From a virus (lineage: Duplodnaviria > Caudoviricetes): a DNA stretch of 62,662 nucleotides. Below the pieces are notes generated by a model. That model searched no databases. It saw nothing but the letters and a program-made list of their open reading frames with translations, and had not been told where the DNA came from. Below, one piece after another: positions 1 to 8,611 of the stretch. The position numbers and the translations under genes are program-made. Numbering within the stretch: the stretch's first letter is position 1; each line of letters begins with the position of its first letter. The stretch covers positions 1 to 62,662 of IMG/VR virus record IMGVR_UViG_3300032304_002568. One strand, 5' to 3'.

Positions 1-447
1 CTCATACGCCCTTCGGCGGATTGGATCGTGGAGGCGGGAGCCTTGGAGGTGAATGGCTTGACGCTGGATTTCCTGCGTGATGCGGGTCGCGCCGAGTCGG
101 TGGTGATGACTGATTTTCAACTCTGGATGGATGCTCGGCGTGGGGCAATGGTGGCTGGCTGCAATGTGGCCTTTGACCTCGGGTTCTTGGACGCTGCGGC
201 GAAGCGGTGCGGCTTGAAGTGGCAGGCTGGCCGTTCGCTCGATATTCGCGGAGCGGCATGGCTGGCCTATGAGACGAAGGGGCTAAAACTTGCGATCGGC
301 AAGGATGGCAACCCCAAGCTCTCGCTCGACAGCATCGCGGGTGCGCTCGGCTTGAGTCGCACCAGCGAGAAACACAACGCGCTGGAGGACGCCTTGCTCA
401 CGCTGGCGTGTTTCCGCGAGTTGCAATCTCGTGACAAAATGTCGTGA
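1..447 (+). CDS. DEDDh 3'-5' exonuclease (DnaQ-like), 5' end truncated by the window
   Basis: Frame is open from base 1; ExoII-like GCNVAFDLGFL and ExoIII-like KHNALEDA motifs. Confidence 0.8.
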   Translation, partial: LIRPSADWIVEAGALEVNGLTLDFLRDAGRAESVVMTDFQLWMDARRGAMVAGCNVAFDLGFLDAAAKRCGLKWQAGRSLDIRGAAWLAYETKGLKLAIGKDGNPKLSLDSIAGALGLSRTSEKHNALEDALLTLACFRELQSRDKMS

Positions 448-592
448 GAAATGTCGCAAGAGAACTGGAGGAATTGGGATTGCGGCGGCGCGTGGGGTTT
501 CGCGCTGGTTAGCATAGCCCCAGGGTCGTAACCGCATAAAAGCGACCCCCTTCATTTTTTTAAAGGATAAAAACGCAGGCACTAATCAAAAA

Positions 593-1093
593 ATGAATGC
601 AATGATGAACGACACACCGGAGACGAACGCGGCAGGTAAATTTTGGCCGTGCGAGCAGTTGGAATTGGTAGATGCGGATTTTGCCCGCCGACTGGAACGC
701 GAGCGCAACGAGGCGCTGATGGATCGCGATGACGGAGACATGGCAATAATGACAAGAAACCACTACGAGCGAATTCTCAAGGAGCGCGATGAGGCGATAA
801 GGCAGTTTGAAAACCTAAAGGCCGCCGCAATCCATACTTGCCACGATCAATGCCAAAGACCGATGTGCGTATTGAGGCGCGAGCGTGACAAGGCGATGAC
901 AAGCATTGAAGACGCAAAACGAGCATTAAATGCAACCGATTACGAAGATATTCTTTTGGCCGCATTACGAGTAAAAGAAGAGCGAGACGAGGCGCGGGCA
1001 GAACTTGCTCACCGCGAATCAGGGCATCATTGCGATTCGCATAGAGACATGATGGGAGATTGCATCGTTTGTAGCATGGAGGGAAAAAAATGA
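593..1093 (+). CDS. Hypothetical coiled-coil phage protein with ERDEA repeats
   Basis: Repeated ER(D/N)EA segments and Cys/His pairs; same repeat in ORFs at 1137 and 2609. Confidence 0.6.
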   Translation: MNAMMNDTPETNAAGKFWPCEQLELVDADFARRLERERNEALMDRDDGDMAIMTRNHYERILKERDEAIRQFENLKAAAIHTCHDQCQRPMCVLRRERDKAMTSIEDAKRALNATDYEDILLAALRVKEERDEARAELAHRESGHHCDSHRDMMGDCIVCSMEGKK

Positions 1094-1100
1094 GCGACCA

Positions 1101-1131
1101 CCTCTGTATCCTCTGTGTCCTCTGTGGTTAA
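1101..1131 (-). repeat. Dispersed repeat family A (TTAACCAC[A/G]GAG-GACAC[A/G]GAG-AGCACGGAG), reverse copy
   Basis: cctctgtatcctctgtgtcctctgtggttaa. Confidence 0.85.
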
Positions 1132-1136
1132 TTTCT

Positions 1137-1691
1137 ATGGATATTAAAATAGCACAGCAAGAGGCCATTACCGAATTGGTATTGGAAAATCAAAAGTTGA
1201 AGCGTGAGCGAGACGAGGCGCGGGAAAAATATACAACCCTTCTGACGGAAAATATGTTGGCCGTGCAAAAGCTTTGCACTCAACGCGACTCGGAGCGGGA
1301 GGCTGCTCGCCGCTGGCGCAAGGTGGCCTCGGCCTACGAGATTCTCACGCCGCCTGTGGGTGGCAAGCGCGTTATGAAGCTCGCTCAGCGCGATGGGTGG
1401 CGGTGTGCCTATTGCGGTGTGGAGACTTGCTTTACAGGGAGGGATGGCCCCAAGGCTACGGTGGATCATGTCGTGCCGAAATCCAAGGGCGGGCTGGATC
1501 ATATGTCGAACTGCGTGGTGGCTTGCGAGGCGTGTAATGCGGCCAAGGCGGATCAAGAGGATTGGTCGCCGCCGGAGGTTGACGAGCCTAAATCGGAGAT
1601 ACCACAGGACGATGCCGCCCATCTTTCCAGTATGCAAAAGACCTGGGAATGGCGGGATGGAATGTTCCGAAAGAAAAAAGATGAAGAATAA
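1137..1691 (+). CDS. HNH endonuclease with N-terminal coiled coil
   Basis: RDGWRCAYCG...TVDHVVPKSKGG...NCVVACEACN motif. Confidence 0.9.
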   Translation: MDIKIAQQEAITELVLENQKLKRERDEAREKYTTLLTENMLAVQKLCTQRDSEREAARRWRKVASAYEILTPPVGGKRVMKLAQRDGWRCAYCGVETCFTGRDGPKATVDHVVPKSKGGLDHMSNCVVACEACNAAKADQEDWSPPEVDEPKSEIPQDDAAHLSSMQKTWEWRDGMFRKKKDEE

Positions 1692-1947
1692 ATACTGGAT
1701 TATCGACCTCGAAGGATGCGGCATGGCTGAAGACACAAAAACTGCGATTGGGCCTTTCAAATCTGTGGCTGATGCAGAAAAATGGTTAAAAACCAGCGCG
1801 GCAGAATCGTTTGAGTCTTGGAACGAACACGAAAATCTTGGGCCGCAACTGGATTGGGCGGCTCCGGTTTTGATCGTTGAGGAAAAGAAAAAGCTCCAGC
1901 AAGTGCCTGTCGTGAGCTTTGAAATAAAATTGGAGAAAGTGAAGTAA
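1681..1947 (+). CDS. Hypothetical protein
   Basis: ATG at 1681 overlaps the HNH end; stop is coupled to the next start (TAATG). Confidence 0.6.
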   Translation: MKNKYWIIDLEGCGMAEDTKTAIGPFKSVADAEKWLKTSAAESFESWNEHENLGPQLDWAAPVLIVEEKKKLQQVPVVSFEIKLEKVK

Positions 1948-2612
1948 TGGAATTTCAAGAGTTTCCGAAAATGGCGCGGTTGTCGCGGGAGGTGATCGTG
2001 ACCGAGAAGATCGACGGCACGAATGCCCAGGTGTATATCGTGGGGAATCCCGAGGGGTTCTACACGGCGAAGCATCCCGATCCCTTGGTGATCGCGGAGG
2101 GGAGTTGTGGTGGCGAGCCAGCGGTGATCTTTGCCGGATCGCGCTCGCGGTGGATTACGCCGCAGGATGACAACTTTGGCTTTGCGGCGTGGGTGAGGGA
2201 TCATGCCCAAGAGCTTTTTGGCCTCGGCTTTGGGCGGCACTTTGGCGAGTGGTGGGGCGCAGGCATTCAGCGCAAATACGGAATGAAAGATCGGCGCTGG
2301 AGTCTTTTCAATGTGTCTCGCTGGTGTCTTCACGGGCAGGAACCGCAGCGTGTGCCGAGCGCGGATCCCCGCATAGAGAAATACCAAGAGCCTCTGCCCG
2401 AGTGCTGTGGCCTTGTGCCGGTGCTACATAGGGGGAAATTCAGCACGCTCCAATGCGATCTTGTGCTGGATGAGCTACGCATGGGTGGCAGTAAGGCCGC
2501 TCCGGGGTTTATGAAGCCAGAGGGCATCGTGGTCTTCCATGTCGCGGGAAATGTGGGGTTCAAGAAAACGATTGATAAAGACGAGGAGCCGAAGGGGATG
2601 GGTAAAGTATGA
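1947..2612 (+). CDS. RNA ligase family nucleotidyltransferase (Rnl2-like)
   Basis: Motif I TEKIDGTN, GSRSR, FGEW, motif IV PEGIVV, terminal KK. Confidence 0.8.
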   Translation: MEFQEFPKMARLSREVIVTEKIDGTNAQVYIVGNPEGFYTAKHPDPLVIAEGSCGGEPAVIFAGSRSRWITPQDDNFGFAAWVRDHAQELFGLGFGRHFGEWWGAGIQRKYGMKDRRWSLFNVSRWCLHGQEPQRVPSADPRIEKYQEPLPECCGLVPVLHRGKFSTLQCDLVLDELRMGGSKAAPGFMKPEGIVVFHVAGNVGFKKTIDKDEEPKGMGKV

Positions 2613-2941
2613 AGGATGAAGTAAGAAGGACGATAGAGAAGCTGCGCTCCTACAATAAATGGCGGCGGGGCGATGAGGAACTTCCCCAGCCCGATCCGCG
2701 AGAAATCGGACTCTGGATCGATGAGATTTGCAACTACGCCGAGGAGGTGGGCGCAAAATGCGACCAGCTTCGTGTGGATGCCCAGCGGGAAGCGGAGCAT
2801 CACGACCGCATGGTGGGTGAACTCGAAAGGGTCTATGACGAGCGCGATGAGGCACGGCGGCTGACCGAAGACTCCGAAAAGAAAATCCGCGATTTCATAG
2901 AAAAAGTGGAGCGGGAATTTCGAGCCAAGCGCAAGAGATGA
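2609..2941 (+). CDS. Hypothetical protein (YNKWRRG motif, coiled coil)
   Basis: Coupled ATGA overlaps at both ends. Confidence 0.6.
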   Translation: MKDEVRRTIEKLRSYNKWRRGDEELPQPDPREIGLWIDEICNYAEEVGAKCDQLRVDAQREAEHHDRMVGELERVYDERDEARRLTEDSEKKIRDFIEKVEREFRAKRKR

Positions 2942-3126
2942 GCGATGACACTCCACTGCCCTCGCGGCGTTACACTTGCATCTCTTGTGGCATGAAGGGG
3001 CGTCGGAGTAATGCGCCCGAGCAGAGGCAACGCGAGCCGATTTGCCCTTGCTGCGAAAGGGGAATGGATCAGCTTGATCTGTATGCGGAATTGATTCCCT
3101 TTTGGCAGGGTCGGAAGGCGAAATGA
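2938..3126 (+). CDS. Small zinc-ribbon protein
   Basis: CxxC...CxxC; translationally coupled. Confidence 0.55.
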   Translation: MSDDTPLPSRRYTCISCGMKGRRSNAPEQRQREPICPCCERGMDQLDLYAELIPFWQGRKAK

Positions 3127-3398
3127 ATTGCCCAAAGTGCGGGGGCGATACGCGCGTGGTCGAGAGCCGTCCACGCGAGGGCGGTGTGTGGCGCAGGCGC
3201 AAGTGTGCTAAAGCTCACCTCTCCTATACGCTGGAGACGCCGACTGCCGAGCCGATTCGGAAAGTCAGAAAGAAGAAGGAAGTCCCTGTCGCAAAGCGAG
3301 CGGAAATTCCCTACTCTCCTGCTCTGGAGCAGTGGAACTTGAAGGTCACGGCCTCCTCGCCGCTGTGGTTGAGGTCGATGGCGCTCAAGCTCGGTTGA
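3123..3398 (+). CDS. Zinc-ribbon protein resembling the NrdR N-terminal domain
   Basis: MNCPKCGGDTRVVESR...WRRRKC pattern; no ATP-cone follows. Confidence 0.7.
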   Translation: MNCPKCGGDTRVVESRPREGGVWRRRKCAKAHLSYTLETPTAEPIRKVRKKKEVPVAKRAEIPYSPALEQWNLKVTASSPLWLRSMALKLG

Positions 3399-3416
3399 CT
3401 GCGATGCGCTGTGGGC

Positions 3417-4238
3417 ATGGGGATTGACCACAGAGAACACAACCGAGCGCCGGGGCAGGCGGGAGGTAGAGCAACCGAAGGTTGGCCCCGTAGGGGCGAG
3501 ACGAGCGGGAGCGAGCGAGTCAAAGGACACAGAGAAAGGTTGCGGGAATTGGCGCGGGTGAGTGGGCGGTTGGTGGAGTTAGCGAGAGTGCAGTCCGTGA
3601 CGGGGCAGATTCTTAATATAAACCCTGTGCCGCGAAAGGTTGCTGACCCGATTCTTAAATCTTTGCGGCGTAAATTGGAAAAGGGCGGGGATCGGGAGGC
3701 TGTGCGGGCGGCGTTCTTGGGGCCGGAGGGGCCACGGATGCGGCGTGCTTCTGGGGAAGCTCCTCCCTCAAGAATACATAAGGAGACTGATTTATGGAAG
3801 CCGAGATTGGTGGACATTGATGGGAAAAAGTCGATTTTGCATTATCGGATAACAAAGCAGGAAAGCCACTTAAAGCCATCCAATGCAGACCTCCCTGCTC
3901 CTCCAAATATGACTTCTGAAGATATCATGCGAAATCACATTGGTTTTTCTTCGGGCAGAGCTATTAGCACATCCACACGACGAGCTTCCGCGATGCGATT
4001 GGTGTCTGAATATGGCGGCAAGACTCCCGTTGAGGGCGTTTATGCCACTCCTTTGGATGAACTCATTAAAAATCAGCGAGAGAAAATCAAGGGGGCGATT
4101 ACTAACGCAAGGTATCCAGCAGAAAGAGAGATCACGCAAACACACGGCGACAATCTTCTGAAAGTGAGGAAGCACAAAGCCATCGTCGATCCCACGCAAA
4201 GACCAGGAGATGATGTTACCTACACACGCCAGCGTTGA
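3417..4238 (+). CDS. Cargo-type protein: linker plus putative R-S-E class ADP-ribosyltransferase
   Basis: RLRELAR linker; HYR...AISTST...VY...AERE pattern; ATG lies 17 nt after GTTGAC. Confidence 0.55.
   Translation: MGIDHREHNRAPGQAGGRATEGWPRRGETSGSERVKGHRERLRELARVSGRLVELARVQSVTGQILNINPVPRKVADPILKSLRRKLEKGGDREAVRAAFLGPEGPRMRRASGEAPPSRIHKETDLWKPRLVDIDGKKSILHYRITKQESHLKPSNADLPAPPNMTSEDIMRNHIGFSSGRAISTSTRRASAMRLVSEYGGKTPVEGVYATPLDELIKNQREKIKGAITNARYPAEREITQTHGDNLLKVRKHKAIVDPTQRPGDDVTYTRQR
3422..3534 (+). repeat. Family A repeat carrying an 84-bp insert (3441-3524); inverted partner at 4261-4373
   Basis: Near-identical to the reverse complement of 4261-4373. Confidence 0.85.
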
Positions 4239-4260
4239 TATGCTAGACCTCCCCTCTCAC

Positions 4261-4373
4261 CCCTCCGTGTCCTCCGTGTCCTTTGACTCGCTCGCTCCCG
4301 CGAGCCTCGCCCCTACGGGGCAACCTGCGGTTGCTCTACCTCGCGCCTGCCACGGCGCTCGGTTGTGGTCAAT
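4261..4373 (-). repeat. Family A repeat carrying an 83-bp insert (4282-4364), reverse copy
   Basis: Reverse complement reads gattgaccac-aaccgagcgcc...gagtcaaa-ggacacggaggacacggaggg. Confidence 0.85.
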
Positions 4374-4378
4374 CTCCC

Positions 4379-4401
4379 GTTGACCAGTCCGCAATGAGCG
4401 T
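4379..4401 (+). promoter_or_regulatory. GTTGAC-N17-ATG putative leaderless late promoter (representative copy, portal)
   Basis: Same motif at a 15-18 nt spacer before 14 late genes (see findings). Confidence 0.65.
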
Positions 4402-6117
4402 ATGAACTTTCTGGATCGAGCAGTTTCTTTTTTTGACCCCGAGGCGGGGGTGAATCGGGCGCAGGCGCGGGAGCGGTTGAAGGCATTTGGGTATGATTCC
4501 GCGCAGCCTGGAACGAATCGCGGCGGCAGTGGCGGGAGGCAGAAGAACTCCTCCTCCGAGACATGGCGGATGCAGCGGGATCGTCTGGTGCTCTTGTGGG
4601 ACGCGCGCGATGTGGTGCGGAATTTTTCGATCCTGCGCGGCATCATTTCACGCATCGTTCAATACACCGCCGATACGGTTCAGTATGTCTCGCAGACGGG
4701 GGATGAGGAGATCGATTCGATGTATCAGGATTATTTCCATGCGTGGTGCGAGCGTGCGGATATTACTGGCCGTCACCGGCTGGGCGCTCTGGTTTCCATG
4801 GCGATGTGGAGCCTGCTGGTGGATGGCGATCACGGCTGGCACTTGGTAGAGATCGATGCGGGCGGCAAGCGGCAACTCCGCATCCAATCCATCGAGGCCG
4901 ACCGCATCGGGGATCCGAATAATCCGATGAGTCCTGGCAACAACAACGATATCGGCGGCATCATCGTGGACGAGATGGGTCGCCCTGTCTCCTATCGCAT
5001 CTTCAAGCGCGAGCGGCGCACGGCGTTGTATTCCTTTGAGCGGGAGATTCCTGCCGACCAGTTCATTCACATCTTCGACCCGATGCGGGTGGATCAATAT
5101 CGAGGCGTCACGGCGCTCTCGACCGTCATCGCCCCCGCGCGGGATTTGTATGAGGTGTATCACTTTGAGAAGCTGGCGGCGAAGTGGCAGGTCGGTCATG
5201 CGGGGTTCGTGAAGGTCTCAGACCCGACACGGCGCGACGGCGGCATCTCGGCGTGGAATGGCACGAAGGATAACCGCCCCGACTCTCCCGGCACGATGGC
5301 GATGGAGGCAGGAAAAATCCAACGACTCTCGCAGGGCGAGGACATCCAGTTCGCCCCTGGCACGAACCGCCCGAGCGGAGCGTTCATGGCGCTGGTGCAG
5401 ACGATGGTGCGCGAGATCGCCAGTGGGCTGAATATGCCCTACGGATTCCTCTACGACATGACGGCGTTCTCGGGTCACACGGGTCGCATCGAAATCGCCC
5501 AAGCCATGCGCTCGATCCGTCGCTACCAGAAACTTCTTAGCGAGAAAGCCCTCGACCCGCTGCGGGATCGCGTGATCGGCCTTGGCATTTCTCTTGGGGA
5601 TTTGCCAGCGCATCCGAAATGGCGTAGTGGCCGCTGGGGCTTTGGCCGCTCGCTCACAGGCGACTACGGCCACGACACTACGGCGAATCTCCAGCTTCTC
5701 TCTGCCGGACTCGTCACAGCGACCGACCTCATCGCCGAGACAGGACAATCTTTCGAGGAAGTGGTGCGCCGTAGCGCGAGCGAAGTGGCTTACCTGCAAC
5801 GAGTCGCCACAGAGACAGGTGTGCCGATCGAACTCATCAATCAACGCCTGCCTGGGCCGACTCAAGCCCTCGCCGCCATGGCCGAGCCGCCACAGCCGCC
5901 GCCACCTGGACTCGTGCCGCAGGGCTTGGATGTGAAGCCGCTCTTGGAGTTGCTGAAAAATGTGGGCGAAGGGATATTGGATCGCGAAAGCGCGATTATC
6001 AATCTGATGAACCTGTATGGCGTGGAGCGGAATGCGGCTGAGAAGATGATTCCTGATGGGCCGAAGGAGAAGAGTTTAACCACGGAGAACACGGAGAGCA
6101 CGGAGGGGGAGAAATGA
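4402..6117 (+). CDS. Phage portal protein, lambda family
   Basis: ARDVVRN, IEADRI, GGIIVDEMGRPVSYRI, IHIFDPMRVDQYRGV motifs; 571 aa. Confidence 0.92.
   Translation: MNFLDRAVSFFDPEAGVNRAQARERLKAFGYDSAQPGTNRGGSGGRQKNSSSETWRMQRDRLVLLWDARDVVRNFSILRGIISRIVQYTADTVQYVSQTGDEEIDSMYQDYFHAWCERADITGRHRLGALVSMAMWSLLVDGDHGWHLVEIDAGGKRQLRIQSIEADRIGDPNNPMSPGNNNDIGGIIVDEMGRPVSYRIFKRERRTALYSFEREIPADQFIHIFDPMRVDQYRGVTALSTVIAPARDLYEVYHFEKLAAKWQVGHAGFVKVSDPTRRDGGISAWNGTKDNRPDSPGTMAMEAGKIQRLSQGEDIQFAPGTNRPSGAFMALVQTMVREIASGLNMPYGFLYDMTAFSGHTGRIEIAQAMRSIRRYQKLLSEKALDPLRDRVIGLGISLGDLPAHPKWRSGRWGFGRSLTGDYGHDTTANLQLLSAGLVTATDLIAETGQSFEEVVRRSASEVAYLQRVATETGVPIELINQRLPGPTQALAAMAEPPQPPPPGLVPQGLDVKPLLELLKNVGEGILDRESAIINLMNLYGVERNAAEKMIPDGPKEKSLTTENTESTEGEK
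6075..6109 (+). repeat. Family A repeat inside the portal C-terminus (LTTENTESTEG)
   Basis: tttaaccacggagaacacggagagcacggaggg. Confidence 0.85.
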
Positions 6118-8351
6118 AGTTTCCTTTGAAGAAGTCTTTATTGGTTTACCATGGCACGAATACGAAGAGCGGCCTTGGTCAAAAAAGCGGATTCTATCCG
6201 GGGACTTATACATCAAAGAGCAAGGAAGTCGCCCAAGGGTTTGGAGAAAACGTAGAAACATTACAGGTTGATTCCTCCAAGATTTTCCCGCTTGCGGATG
6301 CTGATGATCTCAAGCGGAAAGCCTCGAAGGCGGGATTTGGTTTTCATGGGGCAAATGGACGAAGCGAAGCGAATTACCTTAAGTCGCATGGATATATCGG
6401 TATGGCGCGTGGGAATGAAGTGATTCTGTTCCCTTTCAAGAAGCAAAGTGTTCGCTCCTACATAGCAAAGAACCTCTCCGCGAAGTTGCGCTTGCGGGAG
6501 TTTGTTCGTGTGATGGGTGGGGCGGATATACCGGCGAGTATGTCGCAGATTCGCTCGGTGTGGCGCACATTCAAGAATGCTGCGCCTGGCAAGATCGTTC
6601 GTAGCACCACGCAGGGTTCGTCTTTTGGGCCTCGGGGCATGGTGGTTCAGAAGGCGGCGTCGGGAGCCAAGATCGATAGGGAGGCTTTGTTGGCGGGAGC
6701 GACGAATACGACGAACTACCCGATCACCAGTGCCTTGCATGAAGGGGGCCATGCGTTGTTCAACAAGGCTATGACAGGCTCCGCGAACCAGCAATTCCTG
6801 CCGCGACTCGGCAGGGGGCCGACACCGGAGAAGCACCCCTTGCGCGGCGTTCAGATCATGGCCAACGAGATCGGGGCGAATAACTCCGCTGTGCAAGTCT
6901 TGCGCGGGGCGGGAGTGAAGCAAGATGCCGTATCCGATTTTATGAAATTTCGCCAACGGGGTATCGATAGCCACATGAGGTCTGCCCGAGATCATGTCGC
7001 CGCCGCTCCGGTCGGCCTCACTCCCCAAAGGCACCAGGAGATCAAGGGAGCCTTTAACCGCTGGATCACGGATTGGAAAAGATCGCCAGCCAGCCCTAAT
7101 GCCAAGCTCAGCGTCGATGCTCCAGAGTTGGTGAAAAAGGATTTCGAGGCCGTGAAGCTGCGGTTGCGGGAATTGGCGCGTGGAGACTATGCGATTCCTG
7201 CGCTGGGGAAGATGCTGCGGGATCGTTCCATGTTGGAGGAGTTTCTGACAGGCAATCGTGGGCCGAAGATGGGGGATTTTAGGTCTTTTCGATGGGGGCC
7301 GCCGCTTGACCTCGGAGGCAAGGCACCGATCAGGGGTAAGACGGCGATCGTTCCGCTTCACGGGACTTGGGTTGGAACGGAGCCCGTTGTTGCCGTGATT
7401 AAAAACCAAGGCATGTTGAGGCAAGAATCCCGCGAGCAACTCGCCAAAATGCTTCGCAAAGGCCGCGCTGGCGGAGATGTGTATGAGGGCATAGACCGCA
7501 GGTTTTTCTCCGCGAAGCTGCGTTTGCGGGAACTGGCGCGGGGGGATTATGCGATTCCTGCGCTGGGGAAAATGCTGCGGGATCGTTCCATGTTGGAGGA
7601 GTTTCTGACAGGCAATCGTGGGCTGGGGGATTTGAGGGCTGGAAAATTAAGAGGATGGCATAATAATATAAGGCTTATTTCCCAGAAGCCGATTTTTGCA
7701 AGCAATTCTCGCATTGGTAATTTTACAGAGTCGGTAAACGATGCTGCTCGGAACTCAACTTTACGGGCAAGAGAAGGAGATGATTTTCTGCAAAAAGAGA
7801 CTCAAGCGAGAACTGCTGCACGGAATCAGTTGGCTAAAATTATACGCAAGGGGCGTTCTGGCGGTGATGTGTATGATGAGATAGATCGTGGAAAATTCTC
7901 TGGCCGTCTTGTTGGCGATCACGGTCTGTCTGCGAAGCTCCGCTTAATCGAGATGGGCTACACGAAGCCGGGGTTGCGGGATCGGATCAAGGCGCGGATT
8001 ATGGCGAGTGGTAAGGGTGGGCGGCCTGGGCAGTGGAGTGCGCGGAAGGCGCAACTCGTCGCGCAGGAGTATCGTGCCGAGGGCGGTGGCTATAAGGGCG
8101 GGAAGACGGAATCCCAAAAATCCCTTCGCAAGTGGACTCGTGAGAAATGGGGCACGCGATCTGGCAAGCCCAGCACGCAGGGGTCGGAAGCCACGGGCGA
8201 GCGGTATCTGCCTGAGTCTGCGAATAAATCCCTCAGCCCACAAGAGTATGGAGCCACGACCCGCGCCAAGCGCGAGGGCACTCGGCGGGGCGAGCAGTTT
8301 GTGCGACAGCCCGAGCGCATCGCCAAGAAAACAGCCAAGGAGCGTCAATGA
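6114..8351 (+). CDS. Modular polyprotein 1: ART-like, HEXXH, two ARGDY modules, DUF5872-like
   Basis: VYHGT..G.Y.S....A..FG...GY.G...NE; ALHEGGH; four (S/V)AKLRL(R/I)E linkers; GGRPGQWSARKAQL...GGGY...KWTREKW...RYLP. Confidence 0.75.
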   Translation: MKFPLKKSLLVYHGTNTKSGLGQKSGFYPGTYTSKSKEVAQGFGENVETLQVDSSKIFPLADADDLKRKASKAGFGFHGANGRSEANYLKSHGYIGMARGNEVILFPFKKQSVRSYIAKNLSAKLRLREFVRVMGGADIPASMSQIRSVWRTFKNAAPGKIVRSTTQGSSFGPRGMVVQKAASGAKIDREALLAGATNTTNYPITSALHEGGHALFNKAMTGSANQQFLPRLGRGPTPEKHPLRGVQIMANEIGANNSAVQVLRGAGVKQDAVSDFMKFRQRGIDSHMRSARDHVAAAPVGLTPQRHQEIKGAFNRWITDWKRSPASPNAKLSVDAPELVKKDFEAVKLRLRELARGDYAIPALGKMLRDRSMLEEFLTGNRGPKMGDFRSFRWGPPLDLGGKAPIRGKTAIVPLHGTWVGTEPVVAVIKNQGMLRQESREQLAKMLRKGRAGGDVYEGIDRRFFSAKLRLRELARGDYAIPALGKMLRDRSMLEEFLTGNRGLGDLRAGKLRGWHNNIRLISQKPIFASNSRIGNFTESVNDAARNSTLRAREGDDFLQKETQARTAARNQLAKIIRKGRSGGDVYDEIDRGKFSGRLVGDHGLSAKLRLIEMGYTKPGLRDRIKARIMASGKGGRPGQWSARKAQLVAQEYRAEGGGYKGGKTESQKSLRKWTREKWGTRSGKPSTQGSEATGERYLPESANKSLSPQEYGATTRAKREGTRRGEQFVRQPERIAKKTAKERQ
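7153..7622 (+). repeat. About 110-bp direct repeat (7153-7262 and 7513-7622) encoding KLRLRELARGDYAIPALGKMLRDRSMLEEFLTGNRG
   Basis: Near-identical nucleotide copies; diverged third copy at about 10625-10740. Confidence 0.9.
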
Positions 8352-8611
8352 GTAGCCGAGCAGGAGAAAATTCGTTAAAAGGGTCTGGTTGCTTGTCTTT
8401 TGGGCAGGCGGGGAAGAGGCGGAAGTATCTCACGCAGGAGGAACAGGAACAGATTTGGATGGAGCATCTCAAGAAGGATATGGAGCGCGCTGAAGAATAC
8501 TTCTGGCGGCAGACGCCCGAGCGGCGGCGGGCGCGGGATATCTACCTGGAGACGCACAAGGGATTTGGAAATAGAGACTTTATTTTTGGAAGGGGAAAAA
8601 ACGATGAGTGA
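8348..8611 (+). CDS. Hypothetical protein
   Basis: Overlaps the neighbouring starts and stops. Confidence 0.5.
   Translation: MSSRAGENSLKGSGCLSFGQAGKRRKYLTQEEQEQIWMEHLKKDMERAEEYFWRQTPERRRARDIYLETHKGFGNRDFIFGRGKNDE

Noticed and set aside
1128-2387. Long minus-strand ORFs here and at 6261-7439, 36384-37331 and 59277-60772
   Set aside because: Antisense shadows of motif-supported plus-strand genes in GC-rich DNA
3123-3398. Calling this gene nrdR
   Set aside because: Only the zinc-ribbon part resembles NrdR; there is no ATP-cone
3417-4401. Terminase or gpW upstream of the portal
   Set aside because: No Walker or nuclease motifs and no suitable ORF; terminase is probably outside the window
7153-7622. 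Direct repeat as a DGR template/variable pair
   Set aside because: No reverse transcriptase in the window, differences are not adenine-specific, and both copies are coding
8400-8603. TTG-started N-terminal extension of the 1598-aa ORF
   Set aside because: It overlaps ORF 8348-8611; the ATG at 8604 has a purine-rich leader and fits better
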